From Massalongia carnosa (lineage: Eukaryota), in the NCBI GenBank assembly GCA_965645245.1, contig OZ287068.1:2232001-2296000 (forward strand): a stretch of DNA of 64,000 nt, read 5' to 3'. Position numbers and translations under genes: made by a program. The first letter of the stretch is position 1, and each line of letters opens with the position of its first letter. Of this stretch, positions 1-11,809 are shown in pieces. The notes beneath the pieces are model-generated. The model was not told the origin of the DNA. It searched no databases and saw only the letters and a program-made list of their open reading frames with translations.

Positions 1-338
1 AGTTATATTCTCGTTGTCAACGAATCGGATAACTAAATCAAGTATTTGATAGTATGTTATATTTTTATAAATAATAAGATCCTATTTTCTAACCTGAAAT
101 ATCTCAAGACTACTTCTACTCAATCTTAATTATTCAACTTTTTAACAAAAAAGCCGTCAGCTTATTTTCCAACGAAAAACCCCGTCCAAAAATAGAGACC
201 AACTCTCGACTTCATCAGTAACGACCGTCAGTCCTTTGCACTCGACATTTCGCATTGTCTCGGCATCTCCCGCACCATGGATTTTAAGAGTATAAGATAA
301 CTTACCTACTAAACGAGCCGGGCTGAGAATATAGACCC

Positions 339-1040
339 TCAGCAACCGGCGGGACATTGGCAACAGGACTGAGCGACGATGGTATCGGTGTCCAAAGTGA
401 CGGCACCATTTTGCGCGCACAGCAAACCGGCCACGTTGACGCTATTGCCGACGGTGATGGAACTTAGGGCCAAGACGTTGCCTTTGATGACCGAGCTGGC
501 GGAAAGGGTCGCGGAGGAGCCGACCAGAAAGTACACGTTGCACGCCTGCACGCCGGCACCCAGGACCACTTTAGCGCCAATTCCGGTGACGAAGGTCGTT
601 CCGATGCGGAAGATGAATTGGTCCGAGGTGCTGGTCGCCGTTGCGAGATTGAGGGTAAGAACCGTACCCGCGGCAATAGTGGCGCTCGTGGCGATATCAT
701 ACACCCCCGGAGTTTTCACCGTGCCTCCAAGTGTTCCCGCGGTGGACATCCCGGCCGGCAGCCCAATCCCGCTATTGTACGTCGCGATGCAATCAGTCCG
801 ACACTTGGCCGATTTCACCGTGTTGGTCTCGATTCCTCCGGAACACGTTGGGCCGCCGGTGATGGCCCCTGCAGGCGAGACTCCGCACACACCCGTGATG
901 GACGTGGCTCCGGAGTTGGTAATGCCGGAATTTCCAATCACTCCGAAATTTGCACAGGTACCCAGACATAAGGCGGTCGACTGCTTGGTGTAAAGGGCGA
1001 GCAGCGCAAGGCCGTGGGCGCTGATTGTTGAGAATCTCAT
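339..1040 (-). CDS. Secreted ice-binding protein (DUF3494/IBP-1 beta-solenoid), intronless, Cys-rich
   Basis: Signal-like N-terminus MRFSTISAHGLALLAL (ATG at 1040). DUF3494 hallmarks: LGTCANFGVIGNSGITNSG, GVSPAGAITG, TPGVY, QFIFRIG, ACNVYFLVGSSATL, GNVLALSSIT, AQNGAVTLDTDTI. Confidence 0.88.
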   Translation of the reverse strand: MRFSTISAHGLALLALYTKQSTALCLGTCANFGVIGNSGITNSGATSITGVCGVSPAGAITGGPTCSGGIETNTVKSAKCRTDCIATYNSGIGLPAGMSTAGTLGGTVKTPGVYDIATSATIAAGTVLTLNLATATSTSDQFIFRIGTTFVTGIGAKVVLGAGVQACNVYFLVGSSATLSASSVIKGNVLALSSITVGNSVNVAGLLCAQNGAVTLDTDTIVAQSCCQCPAGC

Positions 1041-3141
1041 GATGATTTCGACAAAGTGATTCAACTAGTCAGGAAAAGATAACGATGATGGAGTAGGGTT
1101 ATTTGACGAAGATTGAGATGATGGTGAAGGAAAGCTGGATGTGATTCTTGGCAAGCCTAGGACGAGGATGGTGATGGTTTCGATTAACCAGAAAAAGTTA
1201 TGCGGATGGATGCTTCTTATATAGTGAACTTGCCAACTTACTCGTCCGCCTTTACGGAACAGGTGCGATGACTGTTGAGAGCTAATTCCCGGTGGATATC
1301 CATTTGACCCTGATATCCAGAGAGGTTGGCCTCTTCGCCTATCCTCACGAATTTTCTGTCACAATTCCCGGCACCCCTCCCTGTCTCTCCACCGTGGAGG
1401 ATTCTATCCTAGGACATCTTCGGAGGAATGGGTTCTCCACGTCACGTTCCTGCAAGCCTTCACGAACTGATCACAGCTGACACTTGTGTGAAGACGGGTA
1501 GTTACGATCATCGAGGGAACAGCAATGAACAATTTCATTGCACGATCGCCTGTTTAATCATTCCAGATGTCCATCTACTGCTCCAACACTAAATCCATGA
1601 TTTGAGACGGCTTAGAGTGGTTATTTTTTCCAATTATTGCGCCGCCGATATCATTGTTTTTCAACATTTCTCGCATATCTTGAAGGAGATTGTGAAAAGT
1701 AGTTAAGAACTTGAATTGAAGTCTTCAGGTTTAGATCTACTTCTTGAGTAAACGACATCGGCCTAGTTACGAAATCCTACAGAGTATACTATACTCTGTA
1801 CATACCTCGTACATATCCAGCAGGCTCGCATCGGTTCGATCATCGCATGCAAGGTTCTATCTCCAATGATCTTGCGCATAGTTTAAACCTTGAGGATCTA
1901 ATGATTGATGATTTGCCACTTTCTGTTTCTTGGTGAGTTCGGAGTACGGACCGCACTCTGGAATAGGCCTGGGTGTTTCTCAAAAGCCTCCACCAACTAT
2001 ATTGTATGATAGCATGGTATGTGCTAGCTTAATGGTTCATCATTACTAGTGGATATTAACACTATCAATAGGTGAATCGGTTATGTCAAATGATGGGAAT
2101 GAATACTCTTGCAGGAATCATTCAGCCCATTTCCTGCAGATAAATAGCAACTATCTCGGATCATTCCGCAGAATCTGCATCTTTGCAGATCCCGAGCTGA
2201 GCATAGGTTCACCAAACGCGACCTAGCCCTTACGGTGCCTAGATTGCTCTATTCTAGCGTGAGTCATGTTTCTGACGCCTGTCGCATTCCTTTCTCCGTT
2301 CTCGGTGCTTGGCGGCAATAAGTTCCCCTATTTTTGCCTCTTTAGCGGATAGATCCATCAAAGTTCCGGGACACTGTACTTCATCGGCAGACATATTCGT
2401 TAGACGTTATGGCGATGTGACGTTGATATCGCCTCGAACTGTACCGATCGATCTGTCAATAGATCTTTGCTGGAATGAGCGCACGGCCACATTCGCCACT
2501 AATGCCACTTTTAATTTTGCAGGAGGATGTCCGCTGGATCAAGCCTCTGGTTAATGTCATTAGTCCTGTCTAAGCTAAAGCTTCTAGCACATCAAGGTCC
2601 ATCGCCTAGTTAGTCTTTGGATTGGATTCAAAGCGTGCAAGCTAATGTGGTTTTTTGCAGCGTTCAAAAACCTCTCGTTTATGTCGGTAAATAAGTTCTG
2701 ACTAAAGCTTTGACAATGGGGATAGAGAGCGAGTGGGTTCGCTTCTACAACATGTGGATATTAGACCACGAGACCGTGCCATCTCAGAACTGAGATTTTG
2801 GAACCGATTTCAAGTTTTTACGAATACAATTCGTAAAAGGTTGTAAATTTAAAACCACGTATGCAATACAATATTATCTATTTAGTTTAATATTCGCAGC
2901 ATTGAAATCGAAAATTGAAAACTTTTCTTAAATTTCATAAAACTTACGATACTTGCGAAATTAGCGGAAAATGTCACACTTGATTACCCGGACGATAAAT
3001 TTTTGATAGCACAATAAATAAACTTGCTGTCTATTTTGCAATTGAATACAATTTCTAAGTGACATGATACCGTATATCATCATAAACTTACAGCAGGATT
3101 CGGAGGAACATGAGTTATCATGTCATGTTGCGATCGCAGAA

Positions 3142-6100
3142 TTACTTCCGGATATACAATGTTATCCGTTTTCCCGTCATTTCGTTCCGGAAACAACACA
3201 CACAATCGAGACACATCCGTAACTTGAGATAATGCCACATAACTGACCATGAGTAAAAGGAGGAGCTCGCAAATCGACTCCTACCGTGTCCAATGATTGA
3301 CCTTGCGACTTGTTGACAGTCATAGCAAAGCACAATCGTATCGGAAATTGTTTGCGACTTATGATCCAGGGCAAATCGCCTTCCGTGGTATTAAGAAGAA
3401 TCCGGGGAATTAATCGCGTTTCACCGTTGAATTCTCCTCCCAAAATCTTTCCCTCTAGACAGGTCCGCGAAATGTGAGTAAGACGTAATCGGGTGCCGTT
3501 ACAGAGACCAAGTTTGGGATACAAATTCCGCAACAAAATGATTGGAGCTCCAAGTTTCAGTTGCAATTGTGAAGGTGGTAAAGACTATGTTTGCAAGGGT
3601 TGTAAAAACTCGGGAGGAAGAAAGTCTCCTCGTTCCTGCGCCGTATCGTTCTCTATCTGATCAACGGAGTTCAAGGTGTGCGAATCGCCCTGCAATTTAT
3701 TCAGTACTGCACCGTTTAACTCCGCGACGATATCGTTTCGCAAAGTCAAAATTGCTCGACTTGCGAAAGGATCCGCATCCAGATGAGCTTGCCGCATGCG
3801 ATCCGAAGGAAAACCGGTGTCCACGAAACTGTCTAAGTTGTTCAATTGATTGACTTGTTCCGGTAGCTGAACACGACCGTAAAAAGCAGGATCATAAGAC
3901 ATTTTCCCGATCCAGTCCGCAAACGCCTCATTGGCGACTTCGTTACGAATTCGCATGTTTTGACGCAAAAACAGTTTTTGAAATCGCGGCCACAGAAAGG
4001 TGTTTTGTTCCCGCAACGATGGCTTCCCGAATTTCCACGGGGAACAACGGGCAATATTTGAGCGAAATCTCCGCCTAACACCATCGGAATACCTCCGAAA
4101 AGATCGTCATTGCCTAAACGGTCCGTAAAAGTGCGATGTACGGCCATGAAGCATTGTTTGTGTTGCATTGGCACCTCATCCCAAATGATTAATGCTGTGC
4201 ATTGCAAAAGACCGTGTAAATGCGTGTTGCGGGTGATATTACAGCTGTCCTCATTTAAAATCAAAGGACTTTTAAAACGGGATATGAAGTCTGTCCGCCA
4301 GGAAGAAGTAAAGCCGCAATGCCGGAAGACGTAATCGTCGGCCTCGCTTAGCTGCCTCCATACGAGGTGTACAAGGTACCACCTCTAGTCGGGGAAAGCG
4401 GTCTGCGTAGGCAAGCGATCTGCGTAGTTTCAATTTCAGGATTCACCCATTTTACCACCTATTTTGCAGCTTTTTGCAACACTTCACGACCGCAACCTAC
4501 GACCGTTAGCTGTTATTATTCATACCATAGATAGATATCAACTGCACATCCTAACTGCTCATTTATCAACCGGGAATGCATTATATTTTTTCCAATTTCA
4601 CCAGTTTTATCACCTATTTACAACTCATTTGCGACGCCGTCTCATCATGTTTTGCTACCTCCATTTACTTTATTTTCAACCTCATTTGCAAATATTATTA
4701 ATAAGTAGATATACATCAATTGTGCGTTCTAATAGTGACTCCTAGTCTGACGATAGCCCCTTGATAAAAGTTAAACTGCTCATCCTCATCACCCTCATCA
4801 CCCTCACCACCCTCATCATTCTCATTTTTCTCAGTGTTGATCTCTGCAAGGACATCTTGGATAGCCTTATCATGCCAATGCTTATAGGGTTGAAATACGC
4901 CCACATCAAGGTGTTGCATACAATGAGTCAGTTGTGGTATCAGGGGGAGAGGGCGAATGTGATTTTCATTGGCAAGCTTTATAAACTCAGGGGTGCAATG
5001 AGTCCCATGATTATCCATGAGCATCAATTTCCACTGCTTTGTAGGCCCCGAGTTTGTATTCGCAATGAAATGCTTCAAAAATTCAATGGCTATTTCATCG
5101 GTGATGAACCCACTTTCTGATACTTCAATCAGAATCCCCGTAGGCAGCCCCTCTTGGAACCAGTTCTGCATTATTCTACGACCTTGCATGATTAAAACGG
5201 GAGAAGGTGGTTGATGACCGGCGGCGTTGATGCTTTCGATTATGATGAGAGATTTGCGATTTTCTTGACTGATTGAATAGAACTCCTTAATATCTGATGG
5301 AACTAGAATTTCATGACCCTTCTTCATACACTCAACTCGAAATCCTGCTTCATCAAAGTTCCAGATATCTTGTGAATGGAGTTATCCCCAACTCTGCAAG
5401 AACCCGCTGATATCGATCAAACCATAATCTTACATCTGACTCCTGAGCCGCAGTATATCGAACAACTGCCAGCGGCTTAGTCTTTATCTTGTGCAGGCCA
5501 TTGTCTTTCCACCATTGCCTAAACCACCGCGGACTTGGATCATTGAATTCGGCATCTTGAGCACGTTTTAGAGTCTTAATGGCAGCAAAAACCACTTTAT
5601 GAGTAGGTTCAATGCCATACGCAATCAGAGATCGAATGAATTCGTGAATGGCTCTGACCTGATGCTCCTCCAGTATTTTGTTCTACCCTTCAATTTTCTT
5701 CGGCGGCGTCTTTTCACGTTCAATTGAACTGTATAGAGTGATGTCGACGAGGTTGAAGATTTGAGCAGCGCAAACGATGCTCTCCTTGGGGTTTTCTAAT
5801 AAAACTGCTTAGCATTTTGCACGCGCGTTGCAATAGAATCACTGGTTTTAATAAGGTTCTTATTCATGATGCTGCTGCTATTCATGATTGAGGTGGGGAG
5901 CGGTTGATGAAACAGGGAGAGAGGGATTGACGAAATAGGAGGCATGCAACTGATGCGGTCGCGATTGAATAAAGGTGAATATCCCGGTTAAACAATGAGT
6001 AGTTAGGATGTGTAGTTGATATCTATGGTATGATTAATAACAGCTAACGGTCGTAGGTTGCGGTCGAGAAGTGTTGCAAAAAGCTGCAAAATAGGTGGTA

Positions 6101-7245
6101 AAATGGGTGAATTTTGACAAATCCTGAAATTGAAACTACGCAGTTTACCGCTTGCCTACGCAGACCGCTTTCCCCGACTAGAGGTGGTACACCTCGTATG
6201 GAGGCAGCTAAGCGAGGCCGACGATTAACGCAAAGAACGATTTTATTATCCGCCCGAAAATGATTGCAAAGAGTCTTATATAAAAAAGTCTTACCTGTTC
6301 CTGCAGGTCCGTGAACAAAAAAATGCGCCGTTCTAGGATGATCTCTAACTCCTGCAACAATGGTATCAAAACAGTATTTCTGATCCGCATTCAATTGAGT
6401 ATATCGTTCATTTCGTAACGTCGTTTCTTCGTTAAAATCATAAGTCATTTATTTGCGATCAACGGATTTGCACTCCGACCCCAATCGTATGTAAACAGCG
6501 GCATATTATAATCCTCTAATCGTTTTCCTAAATCCGAAAGAACTCCGTTTAACAAACAAAGGCCTTAATCTAAATGCGGACTCATTAAATCGTCAGGAAC
6601 ATCAGTCATTGATCGTAATTGATGCGGTTAATAGTCACATATATCATTTGCGTATCGATTCCATAAGGCCGTAGGATCCGTAACAAGACGATCATCGGTT
6701 GTGGCCGCATTCTCCCGCAAAGCCTCGCTGGCGGTTTTGTAAAGCCTGATAAAGGGATTCATATTGTGCAACATTTCTGTTAAACTTCGTACAATGTCGG
6801 GATCCAATTCTGTATATTGTCGAGTACGAATCGCGGTTGCTTCGTCGGGATCGTAAAAAAACAGTTGAGCAAAGCGAGGAGAATCGTCGACAGGATCCAA
6901 AGGACCTTGCAGGTGATACAGTTCTCCGTGAATTTGAAAACACATTGGTCCACGACCGTTGCGAGGAAGTCGGCGGTCGGGTGTGTAGTTTACGGAGGTG
7001 AACGTCAACGCGGAATTATATTTTCGGAGGTTTTTGCGAAATACGCGGGATCTAACACTGTCATCAACTAATAGTTGCCGTAAAAAATCAGGAGGAGACT
7101 GAAACGGTGGAAACACGACATCACCTCGCTTGCAACAGGACTCGTATTCTCGATCGCGTCTTCTATAATCATGCGGAGCTTCCTCTTTCCAATGCCAGGC
7201 ACCACAATTTCTACAATGATTATTCATGTGTTGAATCTGTCGCAT
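3142..7245 (-). mobile_element. Degenerate Helitron Rep-helicase (PIF1) coding region, frameshifted, internally deleted and split by a pogo insertion; termini not identified
   Basis: N-terminal CxxCGAWHW..CCKRG and FQIHGELYH (6628-7245). Walker A GPAGTGKT (~6290). IIWDEVPM, GGDFAQILPVV, LRNL..GLCNGTRL and RKQFPIRLCFAMTVNKSQGQSL (3177-4264). Confidence 0.88.
4334..6225 (-). mobile_element. pogo/Fot1-like DNA transposon with long (~240 bp) imperfect TIRs and TA target duplication; transposase disrupted
   Basis: Ends ATCGTCGGCCTCGCTTAGC... and ...GCTAAGCGAGGCCGACGAT, flanked by TA (4332-33, 6226-27). DDE_1 motifs WNFDEAGF, LMLMDNHGTH and QHLDVGVFQPYKH. Removing it restores the Helitron frame VLCV-TSSGIAALLLPGG. 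Confidence 0.9.
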
Positions 7246-7263
7246 AGCGGACCTTAAAGTATA

Positions 7264-9889
7264 CAGTCAAACCTTCCTATAACGATAGGGTTTGTCCACG
7301 CCGGCCAATCGTTATAGCCAGATTATCGTTATAGCTAGAATATATTATTTATAAGTTAAACATAACGGTTATGTGTGATGATGAGATTCATAGACCTAAG
7401 AATCTATATAGCAATGAAAATAAGTCTGAATAGACTGTTGCTGCAACTCCTGTGTGCCTCTGCCTCTGATATCCCGTCGATAACGTGTCAAACATCGCAA
7501 AACCTCGCTGTTACCGTTGTCTTGTTGCTCCTCGTAGAGACAGAGTCTATTCAAAGCAGTAATAGCTTCTGCACTGCTCACTTTTGCCATCATCTCTTGC
7601 TCCTCATCTGTCTCATGGTCTCGTTCAATCAAAGGGTGACTATAACTGTCCAGAATCTGTTCAAATATCTCCTCCTCGTTGTCTTCCACCACCTCATCCA
7701 CGAGATCCAAGAAATGATCTATCTTCATCGCCTCTGTGATGTGATTTTTGTCTTGTAGAGTCCGTATTGTAGCGTCCATCTGCTTGATCATCTCTCGCTG
7801 CTTGACATCATCTGCATCAGACTGCTCCTTCCACCCCAATTGTATAGCCACACTTTCCGAAACAGGTCCGTACTTTGGACCCAAAACTTTGGATTTCAAC
7901 CAGCAATTGGCAATTGTAGTAGAAGAAACGTCTTCTTGCCAAGCAGCTACACTCCATCGAAGAGCTTGTAGAATATGAATTGACTTTAACGGATCGCGAT
8001 CCAAATCATATTCCGAACAGATGTAATTCAACCAATGCCGATGATAATGAGCTTTAAAGGCCTTGATGATGCCTTGATCAAGAGGTTGACAGACGCTTGT
8101 GGCGTTGGCAGGTAAGAAAAGTACCTAAAAAGTTGATTAATCGACGCTCTTGAAAATACACATCAGTCTAACGTACCTTGACGTTGTTCAGAGCAGTTTC
8201 ATCTGCTTCTAAAAGCTTCAATCCGGCGTGATGGGATGAAAACCCATCTACTAGAAGCACTACATTGCGATCTGCGGTCAAAGCGTTGAACCATAGAAGA
8301 TACTCTTTGAATATCTTGCCTGTCATCCATGCTTTTTTGTTATGACGCCAAGTCATCGGTAGGTTTTCTATCTTGACGCCAGATCGAGCAAAACAGCGAG
8401 GCTTTGCTGCCGTTCCAATAAACCAGGGATCCATCTTGTGACCCACGACATTACAACAAAGATTGATGGTGATTCTAGACTTATTCAACTTAACACCAGC
8501 TGAATCAGACACTGCGAAGGTACGATCCGGCGTCATTTTCCAGTATAGAGCTGATTCGTCCATGTTATAGATGTCTTCATTAGGATACGACTTTAGTTCT
8601 TCCCTGAGATTCACGAGTTCAAGCTCCACTGTTGCTTGATCTACCGTATTGTAGTTGAAGCTCTGCTGGCATAGTAAAAAGCTCACTTTTGAAACGATTG
8701 ATTTTTCTATCTACCTATCTAAGGACCGTGTTTATATAGATAGAAAAACATGCCGAAAACCGTTCTCCCTATGACTCACCTTCCTGCTTCCTAGAAATCT
8801 AAGATTGGTGATTGACTCATATCCAATTTATGACTCGATGGGAATGTTCATAGAAGTTTGGCGGTGCTTCTCGAGGTCGTTATGTGTTGCCTAATGTTCT
8901 TACCAACGCACTAATCCCAATGCGGTACCATGTGACTCTGAACACTTTACTAGGCATCAGCCGGGTGACTTTGCACATTACAACATACCGCAGCAGCTTC
9001 GCCATGACGAACTACTCTATGAATCTTATACCGCTTCTTGAAGCCGTCCAACCAGCCTGTTGAGAATTTGGGCTCCTCAACGCCTTGATATTGCGGCATT
9101 CGAGCCCAGAATCTTTTGGCCATGGCCTTCAATATATCACCTGTTATGGTGGCATGCTTGAGCTCCTGTTTCTGCTGCCATTCGTACAACGCCATCTCCA
9201 GATCTTCCCAATTTGCTGGCTGTCTCTTCTTTGATTGCGGATGAATGAGTCTTGAATCATCCAGATGATCATACTGATGAGACAAACAGACAGAAACCGT
9301 GGATTGAGACAGCTTACGACCAAACTGATTTAGAAACCAGGCTATTAAGGAGTTAGAATTGGGCTTGGGATGATCCGCCTGATTATAGTGAGCTCGCAAG
9401 GCCTTTCTCTCAGCGTCAGTAATAGCTCGTCGTCGCTTGACGCCGGCGGAGGAGCTAATAGGTCTATTCAAGATGGACGACATGATGTTGTGAATACTCG
9501 GCGAATATCTTGGAAGTAGGAGGCTAGGTTATCAAATGGTAATACAACAAACGGGAACGACTTGGCTAATCAGCTTAACCAGAGCTTGATTTGTGACTGC
9601 TTCTATTACTACCTCTAGTAAAGAGTGATTCTATGAAAATATAGCAGAATAGGCTCCCTATATATATACCTATCAAAAAACTACACTGCATTATTTAAGC
9701 AGGAAGTTCGGTCGAGGTGCAACCTGGCTTCTATGTATAACGATACCCTACAAAATTTTTGAGATTTACTAACGATATCGTAATAGGGAGATTATCGTTA
9801 TTTTGCACCTAAAATTGCCGGATTTCTCCAACCAATCGTTGTGGAGCGATTATCGTTATAACCAAAATCGTTGTAGGAAGGTTTGACTG
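7264..9889 (-). mobile_element. Tigger/CENP-B-like pogo transposon (HTH_CENP-B + DDE_1), TA TSD, interrupted by a solo LTR
   Basis: TIR CAGTCAAACCTTCCTATAACGAT / ATCGTTGTAGGAAGGTTTGACTG flanked by TA. Motifs KFSTGWLDGFKKRY, HGEAAAV, IYNMDESALYW, LLVDGFSSH and QPLDQGII. Probable intron at ~8125-8175. Confidence 0.9.
8647..8985. mobile_element. Solo LTR (339 bp) with 5-bp TSD TACCG
   Basis: TACCG at 8642-8646 and 8986-8990. Ends TATTGTA...TACAACA (TG..CA type with one substitution). Its removal rejoins the transposase sequence HGEAAAV-DQATVELEL. Confidence 0.8.
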
Positions 9890-9926
9890 TATATAGAGAA
9901 GTATGTAAGAAGCTATAGTGCTCCTA

Positions 9927-11809
9927 TCCGTGCCGCGTAGCTGGCACTCAGTCCTGCGGACTGAGTGCCGAATACTCATATAACCGTTTCACCCATCTAA
10001 CCGAAAATTTCACTATTTCACCTACAGGCCCAAAAACATCAGGTTATCAACGTTTTGATAAACCATATGAGCCATTCACAATATAATATGGTATCTTACG
10101 TTTCAACTCCCTAAATATCGGCCCCCATCGCTTTCGTTGTTGACGATCAGCCTTATTCTGACGATCCGACTCCAGTTGCTCCTCTTCTTCCTTTCGCTCG
10201 AAAATCATTCTTCTGCATTGATCCACCCGAATAACTCCTCCTTTTTGAATGTAATGCTTGCTCTGATTGGCCCTCACCTTTCGAGCGTTTTCGGCTGCTT
10301 TAGTCAGTGCTAATTGATCCGATAACAGCTCGCTTTCTCGAGCACATGCCAAAGCGCCTTTGACGAATTTCGGATATTGAGCCTCAATTTCATACGAAGC
10401 TTGAAGCAAAGCACTCAAATACTTCGGAGTTTGCGGGTCCGAAAGATCATTATCCGAATGATCAGGTGTTTGATCATAAATATCAGCCAAAGGATCGGCC
10501 TCAATGTACGAGGCCCCTGATCCCAATTTATCGAAGACAACTGACGGATCGAAAGGAATGATGCCCACGGCCTTCCATGCTGATTTTATAGTCGAAATTT
10601 TGAATGCTTTATTTCGAAACGAGTTGAAAGCATTCAAAAATTCCACCTTATTAAACGTCTCGTCCCCATGGGCCATTGCATCCTTAACCGCCTCAGCATG
10701 CCAATGTTTCAGGGGCTGAAAAACTACGACGTCCAATGGTTGCAATAGATGAGTCGTATGAGGTGGCAGGCCGAAGGGGATAATTTTGGCCTCATTGCAG
10801 TACTCAATAAATTCAATAGTATGATGCGACCCATAACCATCCATCATTAATAGTCGATACGCCCCTTTTTGACTCTTTGAGGAGTGCTTATCGAAATGCT
10901 TCAGCCATTCTATAGATAACCAGTCATTTGAATAACCAGTCTCGGCTGTCGAAAGCATGACTCCATCATTCAAATCCTTTTCGGCCCATGAACCTTGAAT
11001 CATCAATCCACTGATTTTGAGAAATGAAGGAATGCTGCCCCCAGCGCCATTTATACATTCGATGGCTGTCAAACTTTCACGATTTTGGATCTTTAGAAAA
11101 CACATTTTTCTGCTTGTCATCTGCTAAAGTAATGACCCAATCTGATCGTGCGATGCCCAATCGAAAGCCCGTCTCATTAAAATTCCATTTGTCCTCATCA
11201 CATATGCCATACTCATGCACTATCTGACTGTACTGATTAAAATCAGCTCGTAAAACGACCGGGTCCTCCGCATTCTTTCGTACGGCTGCAATAGGCTTGC
11301 GTTTAATCTTCTGAAATTCAGAATGACGACTCATCCATCGCGTGGCCCATGCATGACTCAATGGTTGTGGTGGGGTCGAATCAGTCCAGCCCTGCATTAG
11401 CAACTTATTGGCAGCTGCTTCTATCATTCGAAGACGAGGATGAAGGCCTAATGCGATCATTCGTTGAATATATAAGACTAAGGCCAAGTCTTGATCAGAT
11501 GATAATCGACGTCCATGCAGTCCTCGTGCGTCAGATGCGGGGGGATGACCTTGAAGTCGAAAACGAAGTCGCTGCGAAGGCACGTCGAATTGACGCGCAA
11601 TTTTAGCTCTTTTAGCTGTAGGATTTTTTCGTAGACGATCAATAGCTAGTTGAATTCGAGCCTCAATTTCCTGATAAGTGGAAGACATGATGATATTGAT
11701 GATAATTTATCAAGGTGGTTGGTCAAAATATTTAAATTTTCGGTTATATGGGTGAAACGGTTATAGTTATGGGTGTTCGGCACTCAGAGTGCCAGCTACG
11801 CGGCACGGA
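9927..11809 (-). mobile_element. Fot1/pogo DNA transposon, TA TSD; transposase 10047-11688 with one frameshift near 11080-11120
   Basis: TIR TCCGTGCCGCGTAGCTGGCACTC at both ends, with TA at 9925-26 and 11810-11. Motifs WNFNETGF, LLMMDGYGSH and PPHTTHLLQPLDVVVFQPLK. Confidence 0.92.

Noticed and set aside
379..993. 204-aa plus-strand ORF
   Set aside because: Antisense shadow of the GC-rich ice-binding protein gene.
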